From: Anaeramoeba ignava BMAN
Lineage: Eukaryota > Protista > Anaeramoebae
NCBI GenBank assembly: GCA_028826165.1
Contig: JAPDFW010000092.1
Coordinates: forward strand, 124,001 to 188,000
Direction of reading: 5' to 3'
Length of the DNA: 64,000 nucleotides
Translations under genes and position numbers: made by a program
Notes under the pieces: model-generated
The model's input: only the letters and a program-made list of their open reading frames with translations
Database searches by the model: none
Told to the model about the DNA's origin: nothing
In this document: in pieces, positions 48,990 through 62,330 of the stretch
Layout of the letters: each line of letters begins with the position of its first letter
Numbering within the stretch: position 1 is the stretch's first letter

Positions 48990-51420
48990 CTTAATTAATT
49001 AAAATTATAATAAGATTTTAAAATAAATAAAAAGGAGATTATATTTATTAATAATTTTAAAATTAAAGATAAATTAAAATTAATTAAATTTAATAAATTA
49101 ATTATTATTAAAAAAATTTAAATAAAATTGATTAAAATTAATTAATTTAAATTATAGTAAGATTTTAAAATAAATAAAAATAAGATTACATTTATTAATA
49201 ATTTTAAAATTAAAAATAAATTAAATTTAATTAAATTTAATAAATTAATTATTATTAAAAAAATTGAAATAAAATTAATTAAATTATTAATTAAAATTAT
49301 AATAAGATTTTAAAATAAATAAAAAGGAGATTACATTTATTAATAATTTTAAAATTAAAGATAAATTAAATTTAATTAAATTTAATAAATTAATTATTAT
49401 TAAAAAAATTTAAAATAAAATTGATTAAATTATTAATTAAAAATATAATAAGATTTTAAAATAAATAAAAAGGAGATTATATTTATTATTAATTTTAAAA
49501 TTAAAAATAAATTAAATTTAATTGAATTAAATAAATTAATTATTATTAAAAATTAAAATAAAATTAATTAAAAAATAATTAATTAAAATTATAATAAGAT
49601 TTTAAAATAAATAAAAATAAGATTACATTTATTAATAATTTTAAAATTAAAAATAAATTAAATTTAATTGAATTTAATAAATTAATTATTATTAAATAAA
49701 TTGAAATAAAATTAATAAAATAATTAATTAAAATTATAATAAGATTTTAAAATAAATAAAAAGGAGATTATATTTATTAATAATTTTAAAATTAAAAATA
49801 AATTAAATTTAATTAAATTTAATAAATTAATTATTATTAAATAAATTAAAATAAAATTGATTAAATTAATTAATTAAAATTATAATAAGATTTTAAAATA
49901 AATAAAAATAAGATTATATTTATTATTAATTTTAAAATTAAAAATAAATTAAAATTAATTAAATTTAATAAATTAATTATTATTAAAAAATTAAAATAAA
50001 ATTAATTAAAATTAATTAATTTAAAATTATAATAAGATTTTAAAATAAATAAAAATAAGATTACATTTATTAATAATTTTAAAATTAAAAATAAATTAAA
50101 TTTAATTAAATTTAATAAATTAATTATTATTAAATAAATTGAAATAAAATTAATAAAATAATTAATTAAAATTACAATAAGATTTTAAAATAAATAAAAA
50201 TAAGATTACATTTATTAATAATTTTAAAATTAAAAATAAATTAAAATTTAATTAAATTTAATAAATTAATTATTATTAAATAAATTAAAATAAAATTGAT
50301 TAAATTAATTAATTAAAATTATAATAAGATTTTAAAATAAATAAAAATAAGATTACATTTATTAATAATTTTAAAATTAAAAATAAATTAAAATTAATTA
50401 AATTTAATAAATTAATTATTATTAAAAAAATTAAAATAAAATTAATTAAATTATTAATTAAAATTATAATAAGATTTTAAAATAAATAAAAAGGAGATTA
50501 CATTTATTAATAATTTTAAAATTAAAGATAAATTTAAATTTAATTAAATTTAATAAATTAATTATTATTAAATAAATTGAAATAAAATTGATTAAAATAA
50601 TTAATTTAAATTATAATAAGATTTTAAAATAAATAAAAATAAGATTATATTTAGTAATAATTTTAAAATTAAAGATAAATTAAATTTAATTAAATTTAAT
50701 AAATTAATTATTATTAAAAAAATTGAAATAAAATTAATTAAAATTAATTAATTAAAATTATAATAAGATTTTAAAATAAATAAAAATAAGGGATTACATT
50801 TATTATTAATTTTAAAATTAAAAATAAATTAAATTTAATTAAATTTAATAAATTAATTATTATTAAAAATTTAAATAAATTTGATTAAATTAATTAAAAA
50901 TTATAATAAGATTTTAAAATAAATAAAAAGGAGATTATATTTATTATTAATTTTAAAATTAAAGATAAATTAAATTTAATTAAATTTAATAAATTAATTA
51001 TTATTAAAAAAAATTGAAATAAAATTAATTAAAATTAATTAATTAAAAATTATAATAAGATTTTAAAGTAAATAAAAAGGAGATTATATTTATTAATAAT
51101 TTTAAAATTAAAGATAAATTAAATTTAATTAAATTTAATAAATTAATTATTATTAAAAAAATTAAAATAAAATTAATTAAATTATTAATTAAAATTATAA
51201 TAAGATTTTAAAATAAATAAAAATAAGATTACATTTATTAATAATTTTAAAATTAAAAATAAATTAAATTTAATTAAATTTAATAAATTAATTATTATTA
51301 AAAAAATTGAAATAAAATTGATTAAATTATTAATTAAAATTATAATAAGATTTTAAAATAAATAAAAAGGGGATCTTGTTGATTATTAATTTTAAAATTA
51401 AAGATAAATTAAAATTTAAA
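48990..51420. repeat. ~146-bp AT-rich tandem satellite, ~16-17 copies
   Basis: Landmark TAAGATTTT at 49011, 49158, 49303, 49449...; two subtypes (AAGGAGATT / AATAAGATT). Confidence 0.95.
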
Positions 51421-51685
51421 TTAAATTATTTTGGTTTATTTTGCTATTTTTGTTTTAAATTAAAAAATAAAAATAAAAGAAGAAAAATCAAAAAAAAAAG
51501 GAGAAAAATTTGTTTTTGTTTTTAATTTTAATTTTCTATTTAGTTTTGTTTTCGAATTTGATCTCTTTATTTTTTAAATGAAAAAGTAAACTAAAAAAAA
51601 AATTTTAATTTTTTAAATAATTTTCTTAAATTTCATTTTTTTTTTCATTTTTTTTTTAATTCAAATATTATTTGACTAAATTAAG

Positions 51686-54600
51686 ATGAGTCAACAACAA
51701 GAACAAGAAATTACAAATATAATTGTTTGTGCTAATAAATTAAATTTCATTTTTATTATAAATTAAATATAAATAAATTTTCAACGTTTTTTATTTATTT
51801 ATTAAAAATTTTTCAAAAATTTTTTTATTAATAGAATAAGTTAAAAATTAATGAATGGTTTTCTCAACCTTGTTTAATCAATTTAATTAAGCAAACTAAT
51901 GGAGATCAAGTTGAAATATTTGGGAATGTTTTAAATACAATTCAAAAATTACTTAATCGAAATTTACAGTATAATTTCAAATTGAAAAAAAAAAAAGAAA
52001 AAGAAAAAGAAAAATTTTTAATAAAAAAAAAATAAAAATAATCTAAAAAATTTTTTTCATACAACTTCATTATTGATTCAAATACAAAAACAACCACACA
52101 CTATCAACGACAAAATAACAAAAGGGAAGAACTTACTGTTCCAAAACTTGAAGAACTATTGAATATTTTTCAATATTTTTTAAGACATCATTTTCAATTA
52201 ACAAAACAAGAGATGAATAAAAGCAACACAGAAAGTGGCATGAATATGAACAGTATTTATCAAAAAAATAGTTTAGAAGTTGTAGTACAGAATTTCCCAG
52301 GATTAGCTTTCTTATGTTTACATGATATAGTTCTTTCTCAGCTTAAACAAGATCAAAATCAAGTTATCACTTTTTTTAATGAAGATGATCAACATAAATT
52401 TTCAAAAGCCAACTTTAATAATCGATTTACTTTCTTCTAATGAGAAAGATCTCCAGTTTCAATATCATATAAAGATACTTGAAATTCTCCAAACTTGTGC
52501 TGGTTATTTTCTTTCTTCTTATTACTTTCAAAAAATTGATGAGAGAATAACAAAATTAATTGATGATTTGACAAACAAAAAAAAAGAAATTGAAAATGTA
52601 AGTTTTCGTAATTTTTTTTTTTGGAATTTATTTTTAATTTTAATTTTAATTTTAATTTTAATTTCAATTTCAATTTCAATTGATTTAATTTTAATTTTAA
52701 TTTTAATTTTATTTTTAATTTAATTTTAATTTAATTTTAATTTTAATTTCAATTTTATTTTTAATTTTAAATTTTAATTTAAATTTTAATTTTAATTTCA
52801 ATTTTAATTTTAATTTTAATTTTAATTGATTTAATTTTAATTTTGATTTTAATTTATTTAATTTTAATTTTAATTTTAATTTTAATTTTAATTTTAATTT
52901 TAATTTTAATTTTAATTTTTAATTTTGAATTAATTTTGAATTTTAAATTAAATCTAGAATCAAAATCAACCACAATTCAATTCTGTTGCTCCTGAACCAG
53001 TTCAAAGATCAGAATCAGCAATAGTAACAATCGAAACAAAAGATTTTCCACAACAAAACGAAAAAAGTCGGAGTGATTTTGATTTACATTCACATACATT
53101 ACAGTTGCCAAAACAAGAAAAAGAAAAAATTGAAGAAAATACAAAAGAAAGTGAAAAAAAATTAGAAAATGAAATGAACACAAGTATTGAAACTGAAGAA
53201 ACCAAATCACAACCAAATGCAAAAAAAGATCAAGGAAAATTTGATTCTATTTATGTTTATTTTGCAGATGCCTCAAAAGAAGTATTTCCAGCAGATTCAT
53301 CATTAACTGTTGAACAACTTGTTCAAGAAGTTATGAATAAAAGAAAACTTGAAGGAGAACATAATTTGGTCGCAAATTTTAAAAGCAAAGATTTTTTAAT
53401 GAAAGTTCTGAATCCATCGTTAATTTCCAAATTAAAAGAAAGTCATTTTCGCAAAATTGTCATTTTATCAAAGCTTCAAGTTCTTCCCAAAGAATCATTA
53501 ATGAAAAAATATTTTGATGATCAAATCACGTTTTTTATTCAACCTAAAGTTGAGATTGTGAATGCAATATTGCCGCCTTTGCCACATGAAACAATCCCCA
53601 TTTTGGAAAAACTTGATGTGAATTTGAAATTATCATCGATATTGAAAAATCTTTGCAAAAAATATAAAGTTTCTGATGATCAATATGGACTGTTTTTACT
53701 TGTTTTGAATTCTTCTTTTGATGAAGAGTTTATTCAGTCAAGTTATTGGAATTCTTTTAATAACAAGCTTGGTTTTATTTATAATAATAATAAAGATGGT
53801 CCTGATAGGATTGTTATTGATAAAGCTTCTTGTTTTGAAGAGATTAAATTTGATGATAGTGGTGATTTCCATATTGATGATTATTTGATACAATCTCTTA
53901 AACTTGGATATTGGCTTCGTCCTGTTCATAAATTGAAATTATCACATTATTTGAATAATATTATTGTAAATATTTAAAAATTAAAAATTAAAAATATTTA
54001 AAATTAAAATATTAAAAATTAAAAAATTAAAAATTAAAATATTTAAAAATATTTAAAATTAAAATATTAAAAATTAAAAAATTAAAAATTAAAATATTTA
54101 AAATTAAAATATTAAAAATATTTAAAATTAAAAATTAAAAATTAAAATAATATTTAAAAATATCTAGTTCACAGAAAATTCGCTTCTTAAATTCCAACCA
54201 AAACCAATCAGAATCAATTTAACATATTGGGACGCAGCCAAACAAGATAACATACGAACTCAAGTTCTTGTGGATTGCACAATAAAATGCGGGATCCTTA
54301 TTGACGAATTCTGCAACAGCTTTAGAATCCCGAAAGTAAATATGATCGGGAACTTATTTTATATTGAATACGAAATGGAAGAGAAAAAAACAAAGAAAAT
54401 AGATGAATTTTCAGAAGAAATTAAGCAGTTAGTGCCACTTGAAAAGCATTTGAACTTAATGGATCTTCAAATCAAAGAGAATTCAACATTAAGACTCATT
54501 GTTTTTGAGAAGGAAAGAATGGAGTATAAATACGAACCAATAATCCCTAATCCAAAATCAAAACAAGCAAGAATTTTCGATGATTCCGTTTATTTTTGGA

Positions 54601-56393
54601 ATGAAGTTCCGCATGCAGGCGACACGAATTTAGTTCTTCAGGGAAAAGACGAAGCCGACAAGGATCGGAAAAACTTTGAGCTTGCAATTGAAAAACGGAA
54701 GGTTTTAAATCTCAACAAAAAAGAACAAGAATTATTTGACTTTTTTTTCAAGATAAAAGCGGCCAGTTTAAATCGTTTGATCGAGATGCTGACAAACGAG
54801 AACTACTACAGTAAATTTTTTGCCAAGACAATGATTTGCTCTCTACCGATGATTACTCAAGACGAGGAGTTCTTCATTGGAAAGCTGAAGGAGAGATACC
54901 ATTTCCCAGCACAGATAACTTCCACAATTCAAGAAAGAGAAAAAGTGCAATATTACGTTATGCTTTTATTAAAAAAATTTGTGAAGTACAAATACAAGAA
55001 CAACTTGCAAGTCAGTACCACAGTATCAAACGATATTCTGCGTTTTATTCGAAACATCTTTATGTTGCATCCCAAAGCAGAATTCCGAACAAGCGGATGC
55101 GAAATTGAGCTTTTGCTCATGAAACTCCAAAAAGGATTGCTTTACGAACCAGAAACTTTGAATATGAAGAAATCAACATCGGATAACAGTATTGAAACAA
55201 GCACAAAACAATCTTCAAAATCACAAGCACAACACTCAAAATCAAATTCTCAAGATTTATCAAAAAATCAATCAAAAATTTCACACTCTCAATCTGATAA
55301 CGAATCTCACTCAAACTCAAACAATAAACCCCAGAACGAAGAAACAAAAGACATCCTTTCTGTTGCCGTAAGTCTCCTCGGAAAGTATGTCCCGTTCAAA
55401 GACGATTTCCCTTCCATTGAAGAAAACCTTCGAGACACTGCAAAAAAACTACAAAATGAAAAAGCTAATTTTTCACTTGCAAAAATTTTTGTGACAGAAA
55501 TTGGATCGCGTATCGAATCCACAGACGACGACGCAGAAATGTCAGACTACTCAGACCTCAGTCTTGTTGATGACGATGACGGAATGGGTGATCAAACCAA
55601 GAAGTCCAACGACCAACTAATCACTCCATTTCCCTTAGGAAAAACAAAACAATTCTCGATTTTGCGAGTTAATATCACAGAGTTTTGCAAACAATTAACC
55701 CTCATAAGCTTCAGTAATTTCCGCAGAATCAAGATCCACGAATTCTTCTTCACGCGATGGACAAAGCACAAGAACCCCAAAAATCAAGACGAGATGTCAT
55801 CTGCAAAAAATGTCATCTCAATCATTGAAAAATTCAACATAATTGCCGATTGGGTTTCACTTTCGATTCTTCGTGAATTCAACCTCGACAAAAGAGCCAA
55901 GGTGCTTTCAGCCTTTATAAAAATGGCTCACTATTTACATTCCATCGGCAACTACCACGACGTTATGGGAATTGTCTCTGGTCTTCAGAGTTCTGCCGTT
56001 TACAGACTCGCGAACACTTGGAAAAATGTTCCCCAAAAATTACTTCAACATTTCAAGTCACTTGATGAACTTACAAGTGTCGACCATTTCAAAAGTCTTC
56101 GTGAAGAGTATCGCAACTCAACTGGTCCTATTGTTCCTTATCTTGGTGTCTATCTTTCTGATTTTACTATGCTTGAGGAAATTTCAAACCGTCTTAAAGA
56201 TAATTTAGTTAATTTTTCAAAACTTAGAAGATTTTATACAAGCTATTATCAAATTGCTCAATTCCAAAAAACTCCTTATAATTTCCCTTTCAATGAAACT
56301 GTTCATAAGTTAGTTACGTCAATTCCTAATCAAAAAGTTGATGAACAAGTTTTCTGGGATCTTTCAACAAAAATTGAACCTTTAAATTTTTAA
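51686..56393 (+). CDS. Large RasGEF (N-terminal helical region, putative ubiquitin-like folds, REM, CDC25)
   Basis: IKAASLNRLIEMLT, EFCKQLTL, NYHDVMGIVSGL, VPYLGVYLSDF; upstream exons join through GT-AG introns; junction near 52363-52440 is ambiguous. Confidence 0.85.
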
Positions 56394-57132
56394 ATCAAAA
56401 ATCAAAATCAAAAATCAAAATCAAAATCAATTTAAATTAAAATCAAATTAAATTTAAATTAAAATCAAAACCAAAATCATATTCAAAATCAAAATCAAAA
56501 ATCAAAAACCAAAATCAAAATCAAAATCAAAATCAAACCAAAATCAAAATCAAACCAAAATCAAAATCAAAATCAAAATCAATTTAAATCAAATTCAAAC
56601 AAAAATCAAAATCAAAATCAATTTAAATCAAAAATCAAAAATCAAAAATCAAAAATCAAAATCAAAATCAATTTAAATTAAAATCAAAATCAAAATCAAA
56701 ATCAAAATCAAATTCAAAATCAAATTCAAACAAAAATCAAAATCAAAAATCAAAAATCAAAATCAATTTAAATCAAAATCAAAAATTAATCAATTTAAAT
56801 CAAAATCAAAATCAAATCAAAAATCAAAAAATTTTTCATTTACTTCCTTTTTTATCTTTTATAATTTCATTCATTTTTCTAATATGGGTTTATTCCATAG
56901 CTTGTAAAATCTTTCTTAATTGTTTTTTTTTCACATTGTTTTTTTTTCCTTTCTCAGATTGAAACAAAAAAAACAAATAAGTGAATAAAACAATGATTTA
57001 CAAAAAAAAAAAAAAAATTTAGAAATTTTTGAATTGATTTTAATTATTTTAAAAAAAAACATTAAAAAAAAAAAGTGAAAAAAAAACTTTCAAAAAGAAA
57101 AAGAAAAATCAATTCAAAATTTTTTTTTTTGC

Positions 57133-58816
57133 TTATTTTTCCATTTCTGAATTACTCAAAACAAAATTTAAATTCTTTGGAGGATCTGGAATTGGAGGAG
57201 GTCTTTTACTTCTTTCCATTAATTCAATAGCAACATCAATATCTTCAATTTCTTTAATTTCTTTTAAAGTTTCAGATTCTCCAACTTCTTCATTAAGTAA
57301 AAATCTTAAAAAATCAAGCCAAGTTGCAAAATCCTTTTTCAAAAATTAAAATTAAAATTCATTTATAAAATTATAATTAAAATTAAAATTAAAATTAAAA
57401 TTTAAAATTAAAATTAAAATTAAAATTAAAATTAAAATTAAAATTAAAATTAAAATTCATTTATAAAATTAAAATTAAAATTAAAATTAAAATTAAAATT
57501 AAAATTAAAATTAAAATTCATTTATAATTAAAATTAAAATTCATTTATAAAATTAAAATTATAATTAAAATTAAAATTAAAATTAAAATTAAAATTAAAA
57601 TTAAAATTAAAATTCATTTATAAAATTAAAATTAAATTAAAATTAAAATTCATTTATAAAATTATAATTAAAATTAAAATTAAAATTAAAATTATAATTA
57701 AAATTAAAATTAAAATTAAAATTAAAAATTAAAATTAAAATTAAAAATTAAAATTAAAATTCATTTATAAAATTAAAATTAAAATTAAAAATTAAAATTA
57801 AAATTAAAATTAAAAATTAAAATTAAAATTAAAAATTCATTTATAAAATTAAAATCAAAATTAAAATTAAAATTAAAATTAAAATTCATTTATAAAATTA
57901 AAATTAAAATTATAATTAAAATTAAAAATTAAAATTAAAATTATAATTAAAATTAAAATTAAAATTAAAATTAAAATTAAAATTATAATTAAAATTAAAA
58001 TTAAAATTAAAATTATAATTAAAATTAAAATTAAAATTCATTTATAAAATTAAAATTAAAATTAAAATTAAAATTAAAATTATAATTAAAATTAAAATTA
58101 AAATTTGAAATTAAAATTCATTTATAAATTTGAAAATTAAAATTCATTTATAAATTTGAAAATTAAAATTCGAAAAATACAGCTTTATTCGGTGAAACAT
58201 AAAGATTAACCGAATCATCTTTTCGAATAATACAAAATGAAATATTCATTTTTTCTTCATCAATTTTCTTTGAAGGCTTAAAACTTGGATAAGATTTAGC
58301 TGGTAAAACTTGCTTAATATCATCAATTTTAACTAAAAATATAAATTAAATATAAATCAATAAATATTCATATAAATAATTATCCACAAATCCTCTAAAT
58401 TAAAACTCGTTATTGAGTTAATAATTGAAAAAATTTTATAAACGGTTCTTCTTTTTTTTTTTTTTTCTAATTATAAATTTGAATTTCGAAAAAAAAAATT
58501 TTCTTTTCTTTCTTGTTTAAAAATAACAAATAAAAGGATGCGCAGTAAATTAAATTTAAAATTAAACGAATAGCAAACCTTCTAATTGGAAAATATCTTT
58601 TTCTTTTCCACCTTTTGTAACTTCACTTGATAAAATTTGTTTTCGATCATCAGAAAATTTAAAAAGTCTAAGTTGAGGTTTTCCTGATTTAGCATGTTTT
58701 TCCATAACAGTCCCTCGATTTAACTTATCAAATAATTTCTCAATAACCATTTTAAGTGCATTAATATGCGCAGATTCTCTTATTTTACGAATATTTTCTG
58801 GTTCTTGTGTTGTCAT
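57133..58816 (-). CDS. Small PH-domain protein (PLC/BRX-type PH-like), 3 exons
   Basis: LNRGTVMEKHAKSGKPQLRLFKFSDD, VKIDDIKQV, SFCII..SVNL, ATWLDFLRFLL after splicing. Confidence 0.75.
57345..58170. repeat. Intronic (AAAATT)n array with recurring AAAATTCATTTAT variant
   Basis: Representative of similar arrays at ~4690-5330, 22210-22500, 37670-37910, 39230-39900, 43105-43515, 44570-45445. Confidence 0.9.
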
Positions 58817-58979
58817 TTTAAAAAAAAAAAATGAAAAATAAAGAAAAAAAATGAAAAAAAAAAAATTAAAATAAAAATTTTTTTCTTTTTCTTTTTTTTT
58901 TAATTTAAAAAGGAGAAAAATTATTTTTTTAATTTAATTTTTCATTTTTCATTTTTCTTTTTTAACTTTTTTTAAAAAA

Positions 58980-59937
58980 ATGAATAAAAAAAAAGATCCT
59001 AATTTTTTAATTAAAATTTTATTACTTGGTGATTTTGGTGTTGGAAAAACAAATTTTATATCTTGTTATATTGTATTTTTCCTTTAAAATCTTTATTAAA
59101 AAATAAAACTAATTTCTAAATTATTTTTATTCTTGATTCTTTTTTTAAAAATAAAAATTAATAAAAATAAAGGATCAAAGCTTTACTCAAGTCATAATTC
59201 AACAATTGGAGTCGATTTTGTAATTTAATATAAATAATTTATATTCAATTTAAAACATTTAAATTTAATTAAAAAAAACTTCATCTTTTTTTTTTAGCAA
59301 TTTTCATCTATTGAAATTGATGGTGAATTATATAAAATTCAATTTGTAAAAAACTAACAAAATTAGAAATTAAAAAACAATATTATTTTAATCCAAATTT
59401 TGATCCAAAAAAAAATTTTTTTTTCTTTCCATTTTTTTTTTGCTTTTTTTTTTTGGATTTTAAAATTTTATATTCAAAAAGTTTGAAATTGCTGGTGGAG
59501 AGAGATTTAGACAAATCACTGCAACTTATTATAAATGGATGCAAGGAATTATAATTCTTTATGATGCTACAAATCAAGATTCTTTTGATCATCTTAAATA
59601 CTGGTTTGAATCAATTCAAAAAAATGCAAATGATGATATTTCTTTAATGATAATAGGAACAAAATCAGATTTAGTTTCTGAAAAGGCAGTTGATACAGAA
59701 GTTGCAAAAGTAATTTTTAATTATTTTTTAATTTTTTAAATATTTTTTTTAATTTTTGGATTGAAATTTTTTTTTTAGAATTTTGCTGATCAACTTGGAA
59801 TTTCCTTTTTTGAAACAAGTGCAAAAAAAAATGAGAATATCCAAGAATCTATTCAAACTTTTTTGAAACAATTGAAAAAAAAAGCTACAAAGATTACAAA
59901 AGAAAATACCAAAAAAAAAAATATTAAATTAAAATAA
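58980..59937 (+). CDS. Divergent Rab1-like GTPase A (no C-terminal Cys), 5 exons
   Basis: [39 protein letters not shown]; ends KKNIKLK*. Confidence 0.85.
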
Positions 59938-59981
59938 AAAAATCATTTTTTTCATTTTTATTTTTCATTTCCAATTTCAAA

Positions 59982-61078
59982 ATGAATCAAGATTATGATT
60001 ATAGAATTAAAATACTTTTAATTGGTGATCCTGCAGTTGGGAAATCTTGTTTAATTTTGAGATATTTTGTATTTAAAAATTTATTTTTATCAAAAATTAT
60101 TATTAATAATAAAAATATAAAAATTGAATAAATAATTAAAAGGATGATACATTTACAGAATCATATATATCTACAATTGGAGTTGATTTTGTAAGTTAAA
60201 TTAATATAAATTGAATATTAATTATTTTAATAAATTTAATAAATAATTTTTTAATTTTTTAATTTAAAATTTAATCCAAAAAAAAAAGAAAATTAAAACA
60301 ATAGAAATGAATGAAAAGATTTATAAAGTTCTTGTTGTAAAAATAATTTTAAAACTTTTTAAAACAAATTCCTATTTTATTCCAATTTCCAAAATTTTAT
60401 TCCGATTTCTGAAAAATATAAAATATAAAATATAAAATATAAAATATAAAATATAAAATATAAAATATAAAATATATTATAAAATATAAAATATAAAATA
60501 TAAAATATAAAAAATAAAATATATTATAAAATATAAAGTGGGATACATCAGGAAGTGAAAGATTTAGGACTATAACTTCATCTTATTATAGAGGAACAAA
60601 TGGAATTATGATTCTTTATGATGTTACAGATCAAGAATCATTTGATAATATTAAATTTTGGATTAAAGAAACTCAAAAATATGCACCTGATAATGTTAAT
60701 ATTATGTTAATTGGAACAAAATCTGATTTAATTTCTCAAAAAGTTATTGATACAGAAACTGGAGAAGTAATTATATAATTTTATTATTTTATAAATTCAA
60801 TTCCAAATAAAAATATAAATAAATCAAATAAGAAATTTGCAGAACAACTTGGTTATTCATTTTTTGAAACAAGTTCAAAAGAAAATATTAATGTTAGTGA
60901 AGCTTTTGATACTTTTTTTAAACAAGTTGGAACAAGAGCTGTTCAAACAAATGCTCCAAATATTAAAAATCCAGATAAATATCCAAATGAATATCCAAAT
61001 CAAAATCAAAATCAAAATTCAAATCAAAATCAAAATCAAAATTCAAATCAAAATTCAAATAAATGTTTATGTTTTTGA
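59982..61078 (+). CDS. Rab1-like GTPase B, 5 exons
   Basis: [55 protein letters not shown], ends CLCF. Confidence 0.92.
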
Positions 61079-61191
61079 ATTTAATTTTATATTTATTTCA
61101 TCAATTCAAAATTATTTGAATAAATTTAATCCAAAAATCCAAAAAATCATTTTTTTCATTTTTCATTTTTTATTTTTTTCATTTTTCAAAA

Positions 61192-62216
61192 ATGAATCAA
61201 GATTATGATTATAGAATTAATATCCTTTTAGTTGGATATCCTGGAGTTGGAAAATCTTGTTTAATTTTGAGATATTTTGTATTTAAAAATTTATTTTTTT
61301 TAAAATTATTATTAATAATAAAAATATAAAAATTGGATAAATAATTAAAAGGATAATACATTTACAGAATCATACATAACTACAATTGGAGTTGATTTTG
61401 TAAGTTAAATTAATATAAATTGAATATTAATTATTTTAATAAATTTAATAAATAATTTTTTAATTTTTTAATTTAAAATTTAATCCAAAAAAAAAAGAAA
61501 ATTAAAACAATAGAAATGAATGAAAAGATTTATAAGTTTCTTGTTGTAAAAATATTTTTTAAAACTTTTTAAAACAAATTCCTATTTTATTCCAATTTCA
61601 AAAATTTTATTCCGATTTCAAAAATTTTATTCCGATTTCTAAAAAATATTAAAAATATAAAATATAAAATATAAAATATAAAGTGGGATCCGACAGGAAG
61701 TGAAAGATATAGACAAATAACTTCATCTTATTATAGAGGAGCACATGGAATTATGATTCTTTATGATGTTACAGATCAAGATTCATTTGATAATATTAAA
61801 AATTGGATGAAAGAAATTCAAAGATATGCACATGATACTGTTAATATTATGTTAATTGGAACAAAATCAGATTTAGTTTCTCAAAAAGTTATTGATACAG
61901 AAACTGGAGAAGTAATTATATAATTTTTATAAATCAAATTCAAAAAATTTATTTCAAATAAAAATCAAAATAAATTAAATAAAAGAAATTAGCAGAACAA
62001 CTTGATTATCCATTTTTTGAAACAAGTTCAAAAGAAAATATTAATGTTAATGAAGCTTTTGATACTTTTTTTAAACAAGTTGGAACAAGAGCTGTTCAAA
62101 CAAATGATCCAAATATTAAAAATCCAAATAAATATCCAAATCAAAATCAAAACCAAAATCAAAATCAAAATCAAAATTCAAATTCAAATTCAAATAAAAA
62201 ATGTTTATGTTTTTGA
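61192..62216 (+). CDS. Rab1-like GTPase C, 5 exons
   Basis: [37 protein letters not shown], ends CLCF. Confidence 0.92.
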
Positions 62217-62330
62217 ATTTAATTTTATATTTATTTCATCAATTCAAAATTATTTGAATAAATTTTAATCCAAAAATCAAATTTTTCAAAATTTTTCATT
62301 TTTCATTTTTTATTTTTCAATTTTCAAAAA

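Noticed and set aside
58334-58578. Possible intronic snoRNA in the PH gene (less repetitive intron with a small hairpin)
   Set aside because: No convincing C/D or H/ACA boxes; cannot support without a covariance-model search.
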